From: an uncultured Clostridia bacterium
GTDB taxonomy: Bacteria; Bacillota; Clostridia; TANB77; CAG-508
Length of the DNA stretch: 48,045 nucleotides
Assembly: GCA_944393275.1 (NCBI GenBank)
Contig: CALXZQ010000001.1
Location: forward strand, 1 to 48,045
Direction of reading: 5' to 3'
Part shown: piece after piece, positions 36,936 to 46,488 of the stretch
How the letters are laid out: the number at the start of each line of letters is the position of its first letter
Position numbering within the stretch: the stretch's first letter is position 1
Position numbers and translations under genes: made by a program
The notes under the pieces: model-generated
Told to the model about the DNA's origin: nothing
Database searches by the model: none
The model's input: only the letters and a program-made list of their open reading frames with translations

Positions 36936-38117
36936 ATGAAGAAAAAGTTAATTATGATTAATGTTCTGGTCATATTATTATGTAGCTTTTTCACTCAGTC
37001 CTTTGCAGAGGATTTAACGGATTTGTATAATAAGCAAAATGAGATAGAAGCACAAAAAAGTGAAGCAACAACAAAGTTGGAAATAATTAAAGAAGATTTA
37101 TCAGAATCCTTAATACAAGTTCAAACGTTAAGTCAAAGTATTGCTGAGTACCAGGAACAAATTGATAGTTTAGATGGAAGTATAAATGAATTACAAGAAT
37201 CAATAACTGATTTAGAGGAAAGGTTAGTTATAGCACAGGAAGATTATGATAAAAAGAAAAAAGCAATAGATACTAGGCTATTAGCAATGTATGAATCAGG
37301 ACAAACAAAATATTTAGATGTATTATTAAAATCAAAAAGTTTATCAGATCTTATAGGAAACTATTATATATTGTCAGTACTTACAGAATATGACACAATG
37401 TTTCTAGAGGATATTAATGAACAGAAAGAAAATATGATAAAAAACAAAGAAACATTAGAAAATAATAAAAAAGAAATTAATGCTAAAAGGGAAGAGAAAG
37501 AAACAACATCTATAATTTTACAGAACTCATTAACAATGAAAAATAATTATATGGCTAAACTTACAGAAGAAGAAAGACAAATTGAAGAAGCAATAGAAAA
37601 ATATCAAGAAGAACTAAATCAAATAGAAAAAGAAATTATAGAGGTAACATTAACTAGTATAAGTCCAGAATATATTGGAGGAGAGATGGCATGGCCAGTT
37701 CCAGGATATACTGTAATTACTTCAAATTATGGAATGAGAACACATCCGATTACAGGAGTATACAAATTACATACAGGAGTGGACTTAAGAGCACCTATGG
37801 GGGCTAATTTTGTAGCAGCAAATAGTGGAGTGGTTATAAAAGTAAGTGAAGGTGGAGCATATGGAAAGATGGTTATGATAGACCATGGAGGAGGAATATC
37901 AACACTATATGCACATGGAAGTGAAATATTAGTGGAGTTAGGACAAACAGTAGTAAGAGGGACACCAGTATTAAAGGTAGGAAGCACAGGATATTCAACA
38001 GGTCCACATGCACATTTTGAGGTAAGGGAAAGAGGAGTTCCTGTAGATCCAATTCCATATATTACTAATATTCCAACTAATAGTGAAACAAATGAAACAG
38101 GAGAAAATACCAATTAA
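36936..38117 (+). CDS. coiled-coil M23 family peptidoglycan metalloendopeptidase (EnvC-like)
   Basis: Signal/TM segment, long coiled coil, then M23 motifs HTGVDLRAP, LYAHGS and GSTGYSTGPHAHFEV. Confidence 0.88.
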   Translation: MKKKLIMINVLVILLCSFFTQSFAEDLTDLYNKQNEIEAQKSEATTKLEIIKEDLSESLIQVQTLSQSIAEYQEQIDSLDGSINELQESITDLEERLVIAQEDYDKKKKAIDTRLLAMYESGQTKYLDVLLKSKSLSDLIGNYYILSVLTEYDTMFLEDINEQKENMIKNKETLENNKKEINAKREEKETTSIILQNSLTMKNNYMAKLTEEERQIEEAIEKYQEELNQIEKEIIEVTLTSISPEYIGGEMAWPVPGYTVITSNYGMRTHPITGVYKLHTGVDLRAPMGANFVAANSGVVIKVSEGGAYGKMVMIDHGGGISTLYAHGSEILVELGQTVVRGTPVLKVGSTGYSTGPHAHFEVRERGVPVDPIPYITNIPTNSETNETGENTN

Positions 38118-38146
38118 ATGAAGAAAGAAATTGTGAGGAGTAATAA

Positions 38147-39307
38147 ATGAAGTTAAGGATATTTTTTGTAAAAGTAGTATCAATAATGTTAATAAGTATA
38201 TTATTATATTTAAATATTAGTATAGCATCAACAGAATCTGATCTAAGAAATGAACAAAGTGAGATTAATAATAAAATAGATGATTTAAAAGATGAGCAAG
38301 GAGAAATTACAGCGAATAAAACTGATGCATTAAATACAATAGATGGATTAACAAAGCAAATAAATAGTTATGAAAGTGAAATAAGTGATTTAAATACAAA
38401 AATAGAAGATTTAAATGCGAATATTGTCACATTACAAACAAAAATAGATGAAGCAACAGCAGAATATAATAAACAATCTGATTTATTAGATACGAGACTT
38501 TTAACTATGTATCAGGCTGGACAAACAACATATTTAGATGTATTGCTAGGAGCAAAAGATTTTTCTGATTTTATATCTAGCTATCATTTGATATCAGTAG
38601 TAACAGAAAATGACAAAGAATTAATGGAAAAAATTAAAAAACAAAAAGAAGAAATAGAAACATCTAAAAAAGAATTAGAAGACAGTAAAAACAGTGTGGA
38701 GCAAGCTAAAAAAGAAGTAGAAGAAAAGAATAATCAATTAAAACAGTCTAAAGATGAAAAAACAAATTTAGTAAATCAACTTTCTGCAGAGGAAAAAGAA
38801 ATACAAAGAAAAATAGACGAATTAGTAGAAGACCAAAGAAAGATACAAGCAGAATTAGAAGAAATAGCTAAACAATATCCAAGTGTTACTGAACCAAGTG
38901 ATTGTGGTTATATTTTTCCAGTAGCGGGACTTACTAGAGCAAATATAAGAACAAAAACATATCCATCTTATGCAGGACATACAGGAGTAGATGTAAACAT
39001 AAATGTAATAGGAAAAACAGTAGTAGCAGTTAAAGCAGGAACAGTAATAACCTCTACAGCCTTAAAAAATCCAAATGGAACATATAGAAGTTATGGAGAG
39101 TATATAGTTATTGACCACCATGATGGAACAATGACATTATATGCACATGGATTAGAAGGTAGTAGACGAGTTTCACCAGGGCAAAAGGTATCACAAGGAC
39201 AAGCATTGATGACAGTTGGTTCAACAGGAAATTCAACAGGACCGCACCTACATTTTGAAGTAAGGGTAGGAGGAAAACCTGTAAACCCATTCCCTTATTT
39301 ACCATAA
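38147..39307 (+). CDS. coiled-coil M23 family peptidoglycan metalloendopeptidase, tandem paralog
   Basis: Same architecture with HTGVDVN, LYAHG and GSTGNSTGPHLHFEV. Confidence 0.88.
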   Translation: MKLRIFFVKVVSIMLISILLYLNISIASTESDLRNEQSEINNKIDDLKDEQGEITANKTDALNTIDGLTKQINSYESEISDLNTKIEDLNANIVTLQTKIDEATAEYNKQSDLLDTRLLTMYQAGQTTYLDVLLGAKDFSDFISSYHLISVVTENDKELMEKIKKQKEEIETSKKELEDSKNSVEQAKKEVEEKNNQLKQSKDEKTNLVNQLSAEEKEIQRKIDELVEDQRKIQAELEEIAKQYPSVTEPSDCGYIFPVAGLTRANIRTKTYPSYAGHTGVDVNINVIGKTVVAVKAGTVITSTALKNPNGTYRSYGEYIVIDHHDGTMTLYAHGLEGSRRVSPGQKVSQGQALMTVGSTGNSTGPHLHFEVRVGGKPVNPFPYLP

Positions 39308-39316
39308 ATAAAATAT

Positions 39317-39344
39317 AAAAGGAGTACTTTTAAGTACTCCTTTT
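39317..39344. terminator. bidirectional terminator between the M23 gene and the SASP gene
   Basis: Perfect 12-bp stem AAAAGGAGTACT-TTTA-AGTACTCCTTTT. Confidence 0.85.
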
Positions 39345-39347
39345 ATA

Positions 39348-39533
39348 CTAAAAATTATATAAATTTTTTTCATACAAATCTTCAACAAATACATCTTTTT
39401 CTTCAAAGTTATCTACAAAACCTACTTTTGCAATATTATTGCTAACTTCTTGAATCCATACGGGTCTTTCATCATAAAAAATATCAACTTTTTCTTTACT
39501 ATTTAATAATTCGTGTACTCTATTTATATTCAT
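39348..39533 (-). CDS. sspH: H-type small acid-soluble spore protein
   Basis: 61 aa. MNINRVHELLNSKEKVDIFYDERPVWIQEV... follows the SspH family pattern (M.v.RA.E...s.e...V.y.G.PV.I..V) from memory. Confidence 0.7.
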   Translation of the reverse strand: MNINRVHELLNSKEKVDIFYDERPVWIQEVSNNIAKVGFVDNFEEKDVFVEDLYEKNLYNF

Positions 39534-39701
39534 AAAATATCCTCCAATAAAATAAACTTGTATTAATAATATATACAGTTTTTAGAAATATATTCCAAAA
39601 AGTATTTAAATATTTTTTATTATACAAAAAAATAGGTTTACATACTTGTGAATTAATGCTAAAATAAATACTATAATGTCAAAAATACTGGAGATAGAAA
39701 A

Positions 39702-40562
39702 ATGTTAAAAGTAGGATTAGTTTTATGTGGTGGTATGGTTAAAGGTGCATATCAAATAGGAGTTTTAAAAGCTCTAAGAGAATTTATAGATAGAGAGAAT
39801 ATAAAATATGTATCAGCAACATCTATTGGTACAATAGTAGCATATTCTTATCTACAGGACAAATTAGACATGTTTGAACAATTATGGCTAGAACATGAAC
39901 AATTTAATGTAAGAAGCTTTTTACGTAGTCCACTTAAGAGAAGTAATATTCTGGATGAAGTATCAAAGATAGCAGAAAATCACCAGAAAATAGAGTCGGA
40001 TTTTTTTGTTACATGTTTAGACATTAATAAGATGCATTTAGACTATGTAAATTTAAAAAATGTAAATGAAAGCCAAATTGAAGATTACCTAAAGGCTGCA
40101 ATTTCTTTTTCACCAATGTTTAAGGCAATTGAAATTGGAAATTCAAAATATATAGATGGAGCAGTTATAGATAATATACCAGTGAAGCCATTAGCAAATT
40201 GTGATTTTGACTATATAATAGTAGTACATTTTGATAAAGATAATTATGTGTATCCAAATTTAAAAAATAAGAATATTATAGAGATTAATTTTGATGTAAC
40301 AACATCTATATCTAAATCATTATCTTTTAATGAAGAATCATCAAGACTAATGATACATAAAGGATATTCAACAGCAAAGCAAATTTTTTCTTTGATATTT
40401 GCAGAAGGGATAGATAATATGAAATATATAACTAATTCTATAAATTATCTAAACCAAAATTTTACTCAAAAGAATTATATTATATCAGCAGATGTCCTAA
40501 TGGATAGATTAAATAGCTTTACAAAGAAATTTGTATATAATGATATTAAACAAAATACATAG
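39702..40562 (+). CDS. patatin-like phospholipase family protein
   Basis: LVLCGGMVKGAYQIGVLKAL (oxyanion GGG-type motif), ATSIGT (GxSxG-type serine) and DGAVIDNIP (catalytic Asp). Confidence 0.85.
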   Translation: MLKVGLVLCGGMVKGAYQIGVLKALREFIDRENIKYVSATSIGTIVAYSYLQDKLDMFEQLWLEHEQFNVRSFLRSPLKRSNILDEVSKIAENHQKIESDFFVTCLDINKMHLDYVNLKNVNESQIEDYLKAAISFSPMFKAIEIGNSKYIDGAVIDNIPVKPLANCDFDYIIVVHFDKDNYVYPNLKNKNIIEINFDVTTSISKSLSFNEESSRLMIHKGYSTAKQIFSLIFAEGIDNMKYITNSINYLNQNFTQKNYIISADVLMDRLNSFTKKFVYNDIKQNT

Positions 40563-40576
40563 GTAAAATAGAGTTA

Positions 40577-40608
40577 CCCCACAGCCATGCTTGGTATAGG
40601 CTGTGGGG
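40577..40608. terminator. GC-rich hairpin between the convergent patatin gene and the cassette-3 gene
   Basis: CCCCACAGCC-ATGCTTGGTAT-AGGCTGTGGGG. A second 7-bp hairpin CCATTGC/GCAATGG lies at 40612-40635. T-runs are weak on both strands. Confidence 0.5.
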
Positions 40609-40671
40609 CATTCCATTGCTAAAGTACTTGCAATGGTCGAAATTTTTAGATGCGTTGGGAGATGACACAAC

Positions 40672-40953
40672 TCAGTCGGCAGGCTTCTCCAATCCGAGAA
40701 ACACTAGGTCCTCGTGGGTAAGAGCTGTATCAGCACAACTAAAGTGGTGGATAGCCTTACCAGTCTGGGAACGACCAATGGGGATTACTTGCCAGTGAGC
40801 ATCACGAAAATACTCGCGGTTCTCAGGGAAAAGGTCACCCTCATAGTTGTATCCGGCGTCGCCTGTGTCATTGTCAGCAATCTTATCGAGATGTTGCTCA
40901 ATATACTTACGTTGCTTTAGCAGATTTGCCATCTTTGTTGTCCGTGCGTCCAT
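40672..40953 (-). CDS. hypothetical protein in GC-elevated cassette 3
   Basis: The ATG at 40953 lies 7 nt after AGGAGG. 93 aa (MDARTTKMANLLKQRKYIEQHLDKIADNDTGDAGYNYEGDLFPENREYFRDAHWQVIPIGRSQ...), no family recognised. 50-52% G+C on two counted 60-nt lines. Confidence 0.6.
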   Translation of the reverse strand: MDARTTKMANLLKQRKYIEQHLDKIADNDTGDAGYNYEGDLFPENREYFRDAHWQVIPIGRSQTGKAIHHFSCADTALTHEDLVFLGLEKPAD

Positions 40954-40995
40954 AAAATTTCCTCCTATAATCTCGCAAAGCGAGTTAATAAGCAA

Positions 40996-41024
40996 ATTAT
41001 ACCATAAATTTTCAATAATCGCAA
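40996..41024 (-). promoter_or_regulatory. near-consensus sigma-A promoter for the 40672-40953 ORF
   Basis: On the minus strand: TTGCGA, 17-nt spacer, TATAAT with TGg extended -10. Confidence 0.55.
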
Positions 41025-41058
41025 CTTATACAGTTCTAAGTTATAAGTATAAAATAAG

Positions 41059-41103
41059 AAGAGTAATATAAAAATTTAATTTGACAAATTTTATATTACT
41101 CTT
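41059..41103. repeat. perfect 15-bp inverted repeat at the outer edge of cassette 3
   Basis: AAGAGTAATATAAAA (41059-41073) / TTTTATATTACTCTT (41089-41103). The 15-nt loop contains TTGACA. Confidence 0.5.
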
Positions 41104-41561
41104 TTATATTGGTGACCTGAAAAAACAAACTATTTTTTCTTTGCTTATGGATTTGCTACAAAATTTAAGATATAAAAGAATCTTAAATGCTTGCCTCAAT
41201 TCATTGTAAAAAAAATAAGTATTTAGTTATAATATAAATAGTTAAAAATGAGCCAATATTATATATGTAGATGATAAAAATATAGATACATCTGAAAATC
41301 AGAAAGATATATTAGTAAAACTACACAAGAAGAAAGTTTTAGACAAGACATAAATACTACATAACTGTAAACATTACACAAGATACTAATACTACCGTTC
41401 AAGAAAACATAATATATCAGACCAGTCAAACTAATTTATAAGATATAGTTTTTTAGGTATATTTATTATATTTTTAACAATTTCTTTACACTTTTAATAA
41501 AATACCAACTAAAACATTTAAAAGAATTGTCTAATTAATAGAAGGGTAAAAGGTGGTATAA

Positions 41562-43025
41562 ATGAAAAAGAAAATTTTAATTATTTTAGGAATAGTAATT
41601 GTTTTATTGGTAGTGCTATATGGAATTATATTTTTTGTTGATTATAATAATGTTTCAAATGGTAAGTTACCTATCTTTGTAGTAAAATCAGATACAGAAA
41701 ATTATCAAGGACTAGGTTATTCTGTAAAAGTACAATACTATAAAGATACTAATAACATTGAAAAAATAGATATGTCTGCCTTTGGAAAAACAATAGCAGG
41801 AGCAGTTTTTAATTATGATGAAGTGAATAATGATACTGATAATGATATTATAATTATTGAAGATGGAAAAATACAAAATGAAAATTTACTAAATACATTT
41901 CTAAAAAATGCAGATAACAAGGAGCATTCAACTTTACAAATAAATAATATTTCAAATGGAAATATAGAAACAATTACATTAGAATATGTGCTAGGTGAAA
42001 ATGATATAAAAAATGATACTTTATCAGAAAATACAACTGTAAACTCTATTGCTACTGATAGAGATTGGACTTATGAAGATTACCAAAAATATTTTGGTTA
42101 TTATAAAATGACTAAAAATGATAAAGAAGAAAAATTTGACACTTGGCATTGGCAGATAAAAAGAACAACAAATGAAAATACAGTAAAAGTTATATTTTAT
42201 ACTGATTACATTAAATTTGATTTACTTGAAATACCAATAATATTTGAATATGATTTAGATAGTTCTTTATATGAAAAAACATATACTTTAACTTATTTAG
42301 CAAGAAAAGATAATGGAATAAAACGAATAGCAAAAACAAATGAATTTGATAATATTGATTTTGGACTATATACACTTGCTGGAGATGTAACAGTTACCAT
42401 AGAACAAGATATTGTATATTCATTAGAAGATGCTCTAAAAGAAAAGATAATAAGTGTTCAAAGTATTTTAGATCAAGCAAAATTAGATGCAAAATATGGA
42501 ATTTGTGAAGTTGTATTTTATAGAGATGGTGGAAGTATTGAATATAGATATAAAGATTATACGATATTAAAGTTTAATTCCTTAGATGGAAATAAAGATT
42601 TAATAATAGGTTTTTCAGGAGTAATAATAAATAATGAGCAGTTAAAAAATGAAAGTTACAAAGATACAGAAGAAAAAAATATTCAAGATAAATATTCAAA
42701 AATATCAATATCCATCAAAGAAAATACTTTAACACCAACTAGTGCAACAGTCATAATATCAGATATAAATGAACCTAGAAATACCTATGGAGAATGGTTT
42801 AGAATAGATAAAAAAACAGATGGATTTTGGGAAGAATTAAAACCTATTGATAATAATTATGGATTTAATGATATAGGTTTGATAGTAGGAGAAGATAATA
42901 AGTTAGAGATAAATACGGATTGGTCTAAAATATATGGAAAACTAGAAAAAGGCGAATATAGATTAGTAAAAGATATATATAATAATGACCATATATATTT
43001 AGCAGTAGAATTTACAATTGAATAA
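41562..43025 (+). CDS. membrane-anchored extracytoplasmic protein (DUF4362-like region, C-terminal Ig-like region)
   Basis: 487 aa with N-terminal TM ILIILGIVIVLLVVLYGIIFFV. The segment DIIIIEDGKIQNENLLNTFLKNADNKEHSTLQINN resembles DUF4362. Domain calls are from memory. Confidence 0.7.
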   Translation: MKKKILIILGIVIVLLVVLYGIIFFVDYNNVSNGKLPIFVVKSDTENYQGLGYSVKVQYYKDTNNIEKIDMSAFGKTIAGAVFNYDEVNNDTDNDIIIIEDGKIQNENLLNTFLKNADNKEHSTLQINNISNGNIETITLEYVLGENDIKNDTLSENTTVNSIATDRDWTYEDYQKYFGYYKMTKNDKEEKFDTWHWQIKRTTNENTVKVIFYTDYIKFDLLEIPIIFEYDLDSSLYEKTYTLTYLARKDNGIKRIAKTNEFDNIDFGLYTLAGDVTVTIEQDIVYSLEDALKEKIISVQSILDQAKLDAKYGICEVVFYRDGGSIEYRYKDYTILKFNSLDGNKDLIIGFSGVIINNEQLKNESYKDTEEKNIQDKYSKISISIKENTLTPTSATVIISDINEPRNTYGEWFRIDKKTDGFWEELKPIDNNYGFNDIGLIVGEDNKLEINTDWSKIYGKLEKGEYRLVKDIYNNDHIYLAVEFTIE

Positions 43026-43759
43026 TATTAAATATTTATAAATTAGCAGTTTAAGAAAAAATTTATGAGTATTTGATGAGTTTAGTTGATAACTACTAGA
43101 AGAAAAAGAAAAAGTCGTTAAACTTGAATTTTTACAATAGATTAAACAAAATGAAGAAGAGTAAAAAAGCAAAGACTAATATAGGCATTGCATAATAGTC
43201 GCAGAGTGGCTAATTGAAGTCTACTCTGTTTTTGGCATAAAAAGTATGTGTAGATGCATTACACATACATATTTAACCATTGGAGCTAAACAGATTTATT
43301 ATTTACTTAAATAATAACGCACGATTTAATACTTTTAGAATTCAATTTGAAAATCAATATCATTATAACAATTCTATAATTATATGATAAATTTCAAAAA
43401 ATAAATACTTTAATAATATTTTTATGAGTTATTTGATATTTTAAAAATGATACTATTGAATTACCAACTAAATTTGGTGGATATTATGGACAAAGACATA
43501 GTATTTCAATCCAATTATACTTAAAAAGGCTGATAATAGATACTTACAAGACTGGTTAGAACGTAAAAGCGTAATATCAGTTGATAGATATACAAAGATG
43601 GATTATAAGAAACAAGGTGAAACAGGTGGTATAGTTGAAAAATTTGAGAAAAAGATTTGTAGTCAAAAAAAGAACATTTATACCCGTAATATAAATGCTC
43701 TTAAAGCTACATCAAATATCTTATAAAATCTTGCTAGATTTTGTTAGAGTTTTTTTAGT

Positions 43760-43834
43760 TGGTGACCCGTACGGGAATCGAACCCATGATTCGGCCTTGA
43801 GAGGGCCGCGTCTTAACCGCTTGACCAACGGGCC
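43760..43834 (-). tRNA. tRNA-Glu (anticodon CUC)
   Basis: The reverse complement GGCCCGTTGGTCAAGCGGTTAAGACGCGGCCCTCTCAAGGCCGAATCATGGGTTCGATTCCCGTACGGGTCACCA folds as a cloverleaf. Anticodon arm CGGCC-CTCTCAA-GGCCG. The backbone resembles Firmicute tRNA-Glu. Confidence 0.85.
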
Positions 43835-43905
43835 ATAAAATATATAACATATATATTTATAACATAAATAACCTATATAAGTCAATCAAAAAAGTAAAAA
43901 ATCTG

Positions 43906-43933
43906 TTGACAAAACAAAAATTTGGTATATAAT
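43906..43933 (+). promoter_or_regulatory. sigma-A promoter for tlyA-recN
   Basis: TTGACA, 16-nt spacer, TATAAT. Confidence 0.55.
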
Positions 43934-43971
43934 AAATCCAAACAAAGTTTTGGAGAAGCTTGGAGGAAATA

Positions 43972-44784
43972 ATGGAAAACAAGGAAAGATTAGATAATTA
44001 CCTGGTTAGGAATGCAATATTTAGTAGCAGGCAGAAAGCAAAATATGCAGTGAATAATGGTAATGTATATGTAAATGGAAAACCTGAGACTAAGGTAAGT
44101 AAAATGATTGGAGTAGAAGATAAAGTAGAAATAAAAGGTCAGTTGCTTCCTTATGTAAGTAGAGGAGGGCTAAAGTTAGAAAAAGCCATAAACGAATTTA
44201 ATATCTTGCTAACCGGTAAAATTTGTATAGATATAGGAGCATCAACCGGAGGATTTACAGATTGCATGTTACAAAATGGTGCTAGTAAAGTATATGCTAT
44301 AGATGTAGGAACCAATCAATTAGATGATAAATTAAAGAATAATGAAAAAGTAATAAATATGGAACAAACTAATATAAAAGATGTTAAACAAGAAGATATA
44401 GGACAAGTAGATTTTATAGGTACGGATGTGTCATTTATATCAATAACACAAGTGTTACCTAAAATATATGAACTATTAAAAATTAAAGGTAAAGCAGTAA
44501 TCTTAATAAAACCACAATTTGAAGCAGGAGCACAAAGTTTAAATAAAAATGGAGTTGTGAAAGATGTAAAGGTACATAAAAATGTAATATTAAATATTGT
44601 ACTATTAGCCAATAAATTAGGTTTTAATATTCTAGATTTAGATTATTCTCCAATAAAAGGCCCAGCAGGAAATATTGAATATCTATTATATATGGAAAAA
44701 AATGAGAATAATTTTTTAGATAGTTTTGCTATAAAAAGTGCAATTGAAGATGTAACTACAAAAGCATTTAAAAATTTAAAATAA
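43972..44784 (+). CDS. tlyA: TlyA family rRNA (cytidine-2'-O)-methyltransferase
   Basis: S4-like N-terminus (RLDNYLVRNAIFSSRQKAKYAV) and SAM motif DIGASTGGFTD. ATG 43972 lies 5 nt after GGAGG. Confidence 0.88.
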   Translation: MENKERLDNYLVRNAIFSSRQKAKYAVNNGNVYVNGKPETKVSKMIGVEDKVEIKGQLLPYVSRGGLKLEKAINEFNILLTGKICIDIGASTGGFTDCMLQNGASKVYAIDVGTNQLDDKLKNNEKVINMEQTNIKDVKQEDIGQVDFIGTDVSFISITQVLPKIYELLKIKGKAVILIKPQFEAGAQSLNKNGVVKDVKVHKNVILNIVLLANKLGFNILDLDYSPIKGPAGNIEYLLYMEKNENNFLDSFAIKSAIEDVTTKAFKNLK

Positions 44785-44796
44785 AGGAGAATTACT

Positions 44797-46425
44797 ATGA
44801 TATCAACATTACATATAAAAAATATTGGAATAATAGATGATTTAACAATAGACTTAAATAGTGGATTAAATATACTAACAGGGGAAACCGGAGCAGGAAA
44901 AACACTAATTATAGATTCATTATCAATAATTGCAGGTGGAAGATTCTCAAAAGAAATGATAAGAAAAGGACAAAATCATTCTTTTGTAGAAATCGCAATG
45001 TATTTACCAAATGATGATATGTCTATAGATGGAAATGTAATTGTTTCAAGAGAAATATATGATAATGGTAGAAATCTATGTAAAATAAATGGTAGATTGG
45101 TAACAGTTACTGAACTAAAAAATTATATGAATTCCGTTTTAAATATACATGGACAATTAGATAATCAAAACTTATTAAATAATGAAATGCATATTAAATA
45201 TTTAGATAGTTTTGCAGGAGAGAAATTACAACAATTAAAAATGAAATATAGAGAATTGTTTACAAAATATAATATATTAAAAACAGAGTTAAAAAATAAT
45301 TATGGAGATGAAAAAGAAAAGCAGAGAAAATTAGATTTATTACAATATCAATTAAATGAGATAAATGAAGCAAATATTAAAGTAGGGGAAGATGAAGAAT
45401 TAGAAGAACAAAAGAGAATTATAAATAATTCAGAGAAGTTATCTAAAAGCTTAAATGAAGCAGATGTTAAAATTGGAGAAGAAGCATTAGATGCAATATC
45501 AATGGGAATAAAAAATTTAGAGAAGATTGAAAATATAAATGAAAGATATAGTAGTACATTAAATTCTTTAAAAAGTATTTATTATGATATGCAAGAAATT
45601 TCAAGAGATATAAATTCATATAAAGATGATGTAATATTTAATGAAGAAGATATTATAAAAATAGAAAATAGATTAGACCTAATATATTCATTAAAAAGGA
45701 AGTATGGAAATACATTAGAAGAAATATTAAAATATAAGAATGAGATTGAAAATGAAATAGATAAGATTCAAAATATAGATGAGCATAATAATAAATTAAA
45801 AGAAGAATTAGAGATAATAGAAAATTCAATGTTAGAGTTATGTAGCAAGATTAACATTATTAGAACTAAATATTCAAGAGAATTATCAGATAAAATTAAT
45901 AAAGAATTAGTAGATTTAGAAATGCCAAATGCTGTATTTTCTGTTAAGGTTAGTAAAATACAGGAAAAAGAATTCAACAAAAATGGATTAGATAATATAG
46001 AATTCATGATAACTACAAACATTGGAGAAGACATGAAACCTTTAACAAAAATAGCATCAGGAGGAGAAATGTCTAGAATAATGCTAGCCATAAAAACAAT
46101 ACTATCAAATGTAGATTATGTTTCTACATTAGTATTTGATGAAATTGACACAGGAATAAGTGGAAAAGCAGCAAAAGCAGTAGGAGAAAAACTAAAGAAA
46201 ATATCATCAAATCATCAAGTTATTGTAGTAACACATCAAGCAAGTATAGCAGCTAAAGGAGATTATAACTATTATATATATAAAGAAACAGAAAATAATA
46301 AAACAACTACTAGAATTAAATTATTAAATAATGAAGAAACAATAAGAGAGATTGCAAGGATATCTACAGGAAATATCACAGAAATATCATTAAAACATGC
46401 GATGGAATTAAGAGAAGCTATATAA
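44797..46425 (+). CDS. recN: DNA repair protein RecN
   Basis: 542 aa with Walker A GETGAGKT, a long coiled coil, and ASGGEMSRIMLAIK and LVFDEIDTGISG. Confidence 0.93.
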   Translation: MISTLHIKNIGIIDDLTIDLNSGLNILTGETGAGKTLIIDSLSIIAGGRFSKEMIRKGQNHSFVEIAMYLPNDDMSIDGNVIVSREIYDNGRNLCKINGRLVTVTELKNYMNSVLNIHGQLDNQNLLNNEMHIKYLDSFAGEKLQQLKMKYRELFTKYNILKTELKNNYGDEKEKQRKLDLLQYQLNEINEANIKVGEDEELEEQKRIINNSEKLSKSLNEADVKIGEEALDAISMGIKNLEKIENINERYSSTLNSLKSIYYDMQEISRDINSYKDDVIFNEEDIIKIENRLDLIYSLKRKYGNTLEEILKYKNEIENEIDKIQNIDEHNNKLKEELEIIENSMLELCSKINIIRTKYSRELSDKINKELVDLEMPNAVFSVKVSKIQEKEFNKNGLDNIEFMITTNIGEDMKPLTKIASGGEMSRIMLAIKTILSNVDYVSTLVFDEIDTGISGKAAKAVGEKLKKISSNHQVIVVTHQASIAAKGDYNYYIYKETENNKTTTRIKLLNNEETIREIARISTGNITEISLKHAMELREAI

Positions 46426-46488
46426 TAAAGGTTTACAATATTGAAAAACTGATATATAATAGTGCCATTAAAAAAGGAGTGATATATT

